A stretch of 64,000 nt of DNA from Amoebophrya sp. A120 (Eukaryota; Protista; Dinoflagellata): positions 2,110,054-2,174,053 of the forward strand of contig CAJINV010000005.1 in NCBI GenBank assembly GCA_905178155.1, given 5' to 3'. Below the pieces are notes generated by a model. The model did not search any database, was not told where the DNA came from, and was given only the letters and a program-made list of their open reading frames with translations. Below, in pieces: positions 61,756 to 64,000 of this stretch; position 1 is the first letter of the stretch; every line of letters begins with the position of its first letter. The position numbers and the translations under genes are program-made.

Positions 61756-64000
61756 ATGGATCCAAGCTATAGTCGAGTTTCTGCGGACGATCTCTTGCGC
61801 ATCGTCGACCAGGCGGACGCACGAGCGGGCGCAGTTTCTCCTGCTAGACAGCCTTCAGCCGCATCATCCTCAACCGGTCGACCTGGTCCGCACGATCCGC
61901 AGCAGCACCAACTCCCCCCGTCCTCAAGCACGGGAGCCGCCGCCTCTAGCAGCTCCGCACCACCCCCGGACACGGACTGGGATCTGATTGTGGGCTCACT
62001 GCTAAAGCCCGCGAATGGAACCAGTGCGGAAACCTCCTGTTCCGCAAATCCGCCGCAGATGTCCCCTTTGGACGCGGAGCAGATACGGGAGATTTTGCGC
62101 GCAGATTTCGAAGAGCTCGCAGGGGCAAACTCCGCAAGCACCTCAACTTCGGCGCATGACAAACTAAATAACGCAGGATCATCAACATCTTCCCAACCTC
62201 CAAATAGAATAGACCAGCAGTCCTTTCAGTCCGAGGATTTTTCCCAGCAGACCAGCGAGTTTTTGCAGCAGAACTTCGAGCTCTACGAAGATATGGATTG
62301 CAAAAATGTCTGGGTCTGGAAACTTGTAATGCTGCGTTGGGAATAATGAATGCTCTGTAATGCACAGTCAAGCATGAGAAATGTCTGCGCTTCTTTGTGT
62401 TGCGTTTTTCGCATGACAAACTGCGTTTTTGCATGACAGGCAACAGGGTCTCTTCTTGGACACGCATCGCAAACTTTTTGGTCATGCCAGACAAGCATGA
62501 CAAACTTGCAATCTTCCAGACCCAGACATTTTTGCATTTGATAGAAGACGCCTTCGACCTCTTCGGGGCGGTGACTGTGGAAAAGGCCGTGAAGTTGGGA
62601 CAGTGCGACACGCTGGAGGAAATTAGCGATTACGTCGAGAGGCACCAACACGAACCGGATTGGGCGCTTTCGATGGAAGCGATCGACTTCCGGCAGACAC
62701 TGGACCTGCTGACCAAGGTGCACGATATCTACGCGGCGAAAACTACGACGGAAAGTGAGAGTTTTGGAGCCGCGATGGAACTTACGCCGAAAGCGGGTGT
62801 GGACGAGAGTGTCGACGAAGGTAAAGAAATCTGAAGCTGCGTTTGGTCACACAACTGATTTCAGTTGTTTATTCGTTATTCCTTTTGCATTCGCATCTAG
62901 TTCTAGATCTACCATCTACGTTCGCCGTGTTATGAAAGAGTGCCTTCTTCTACGTAAGTGCCATTGACGAGCAAGAAGTCAAAAAAGATTATACAAATCG
63001 TCACATCAAAATTTTCCTACAGACGAGCAGCGCAACCGGCGGTTGGAGCTTTTGCACAAGATTTTTTCGAAGATTGCCTACCACCCGTTCGATGACAAGG
63101 TGCGGAGTGTAAAAGCCAAAGTTATTTACGACAAGATGTCCGCCGACTTACTGCTCCAAGGGAAAGTCGCAGACTTGATGGTGACCTGCGGTTTTCAGAT
63201 AAAAGCAGAGTCCCCACGGGGCAACAACGACGCAAACAACACGACGAGCATCGCCGCGCAGGTGATGCGCGTGAAGCAGGAGAAGTTGAATTTGACGGTG
63301 CAAAATGCGAACAGCCAGGTTGTTTTTCATTTCCCGCACCAACTCGACACGGACCGGAAGGAGGTGGTGCGTTTCCATCGCGTTTTCAGCTTACTCGAGG
63401 ATCTGGTCTCCAGCTTGCAAGTGGAGGAGCTGCAGGCAGTGGAAGTTGACCTTGCGCCCGGTGGCGCGACTTCTGCAACAGAAGTGCTTTGCTCCACCCC
63501 GAACTTGTCTTCCTCCGCACAGAGCAGCAAGAACACGGTAGTGGCTAGTACGCCGTCGATACTAGAGCTGCAGCCCCCTGTAATATTAACGCCTAAGGTC
63601 GTACAACAAGGGACGACTTCTAAAGCTTCCTCCTCGTCGTCCGTCGGCAGTCCCACCCCAAACAGCAACCAGTCCTTCTCGCCGCCCGAGCGCGGAGTTC
63701 ATCCTGGCGGAGAGACCACGAGCCGGAGCAAACCGCCGCAGCAGCAGAACAGGCCCGGTAGCGGGAAAAAGGAGCCCTACATACCCGGGAAGAAACCGCC
63801 GATCTCCAAAGACGAAATGCGCCTGAAGCGGCTGGCAAAGTTGGAGGAAGGGACTTCTGCAGGGAGTAGCCTTGGATCGACTGCTGCCAAGGCGAAGTCT
63901 TCCGCCGCCCGGTCGCTGCAGGGGGCGCTGGACTACGGGACCATGAGGAGAAAAGTGGTGAAGGAGCAGGATCGGAGGGAGAAAGAGCAGGAACAGAGAA
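61756..64000 (+). CDS. PUB (PUG) domain-containing protein, 3' truncated by window
   Basis: Exons joined across element 62292 and GT-AG intron 62821-63021. LELLHKIFSKIAYHPFDDKVRSVK...LMVTCGF resembles a PUB domain. Confidence 0.6.
62292..62543. mobile_element. Introner family B
   Basis: Family B TIRs; TSD GAAGA. Confidence 0.95.

Noticed and set aside
1-64000. Autonomous transposase, reverse transcriptase, tRNA or rRNA genes
   Set aside because: No DDE, RT or RepHel motifs and no structural RNA signatures recognised by eye; a heavily intron-split gene could have been missed.

Overview
Eukaryotic, gene-dense genomic DNA. Gene content and intron style point to an alveolate protist, most likely a syndinian parasitic dinoflagellate such as Amoebophrya (inference; no database search was possible). 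About 15 protein-coding genes form two co-oriented blocks: minus strand left of ~24.7 kb (SMYD-like SET protein, acidic coiled-coil protein, WD40 protein, two hypotheticals) and plus strand right of ~27.5 kb (ionotropic glutamate receptor-like channel, clan-B-like glycoside hydrolase, ER FKBP, UVRAG/Vps38-like, Pro/Ala mucin-like, COX16-like, PUB-domain protein, hypotheticals). The dominant feature is more than 40 non-autonomous elements of 140-1100 bp from at least 7 sequence families, all inside coding sequence. Nearly all start TAT (sometimes TAC/CAT) and end ATA, carry terminal inverted repeats (TIRs) and are flanked by a 5-bp target-site duplication (TSD). Removing the element plus 5 nt restores the host reading frame in each case I traced, so they behave as non-GT-AG 'introner' introns. 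Introners are known in Amoebophrya. What stands out here is a shared grammar: TAT...ATA plus a 5-nt register that survives loss of the TSD, works in either orientation, comes with a common internal GCATSACA motif, and is also obeyed by a 1.1-kb Helitron-like insert. Splicing is inferred from frame restoration, not from RNA data. I found no transposase, rRNA, tRNA or CRISPR array. Exon boundaries were traced by eye and may be off by a few nt.
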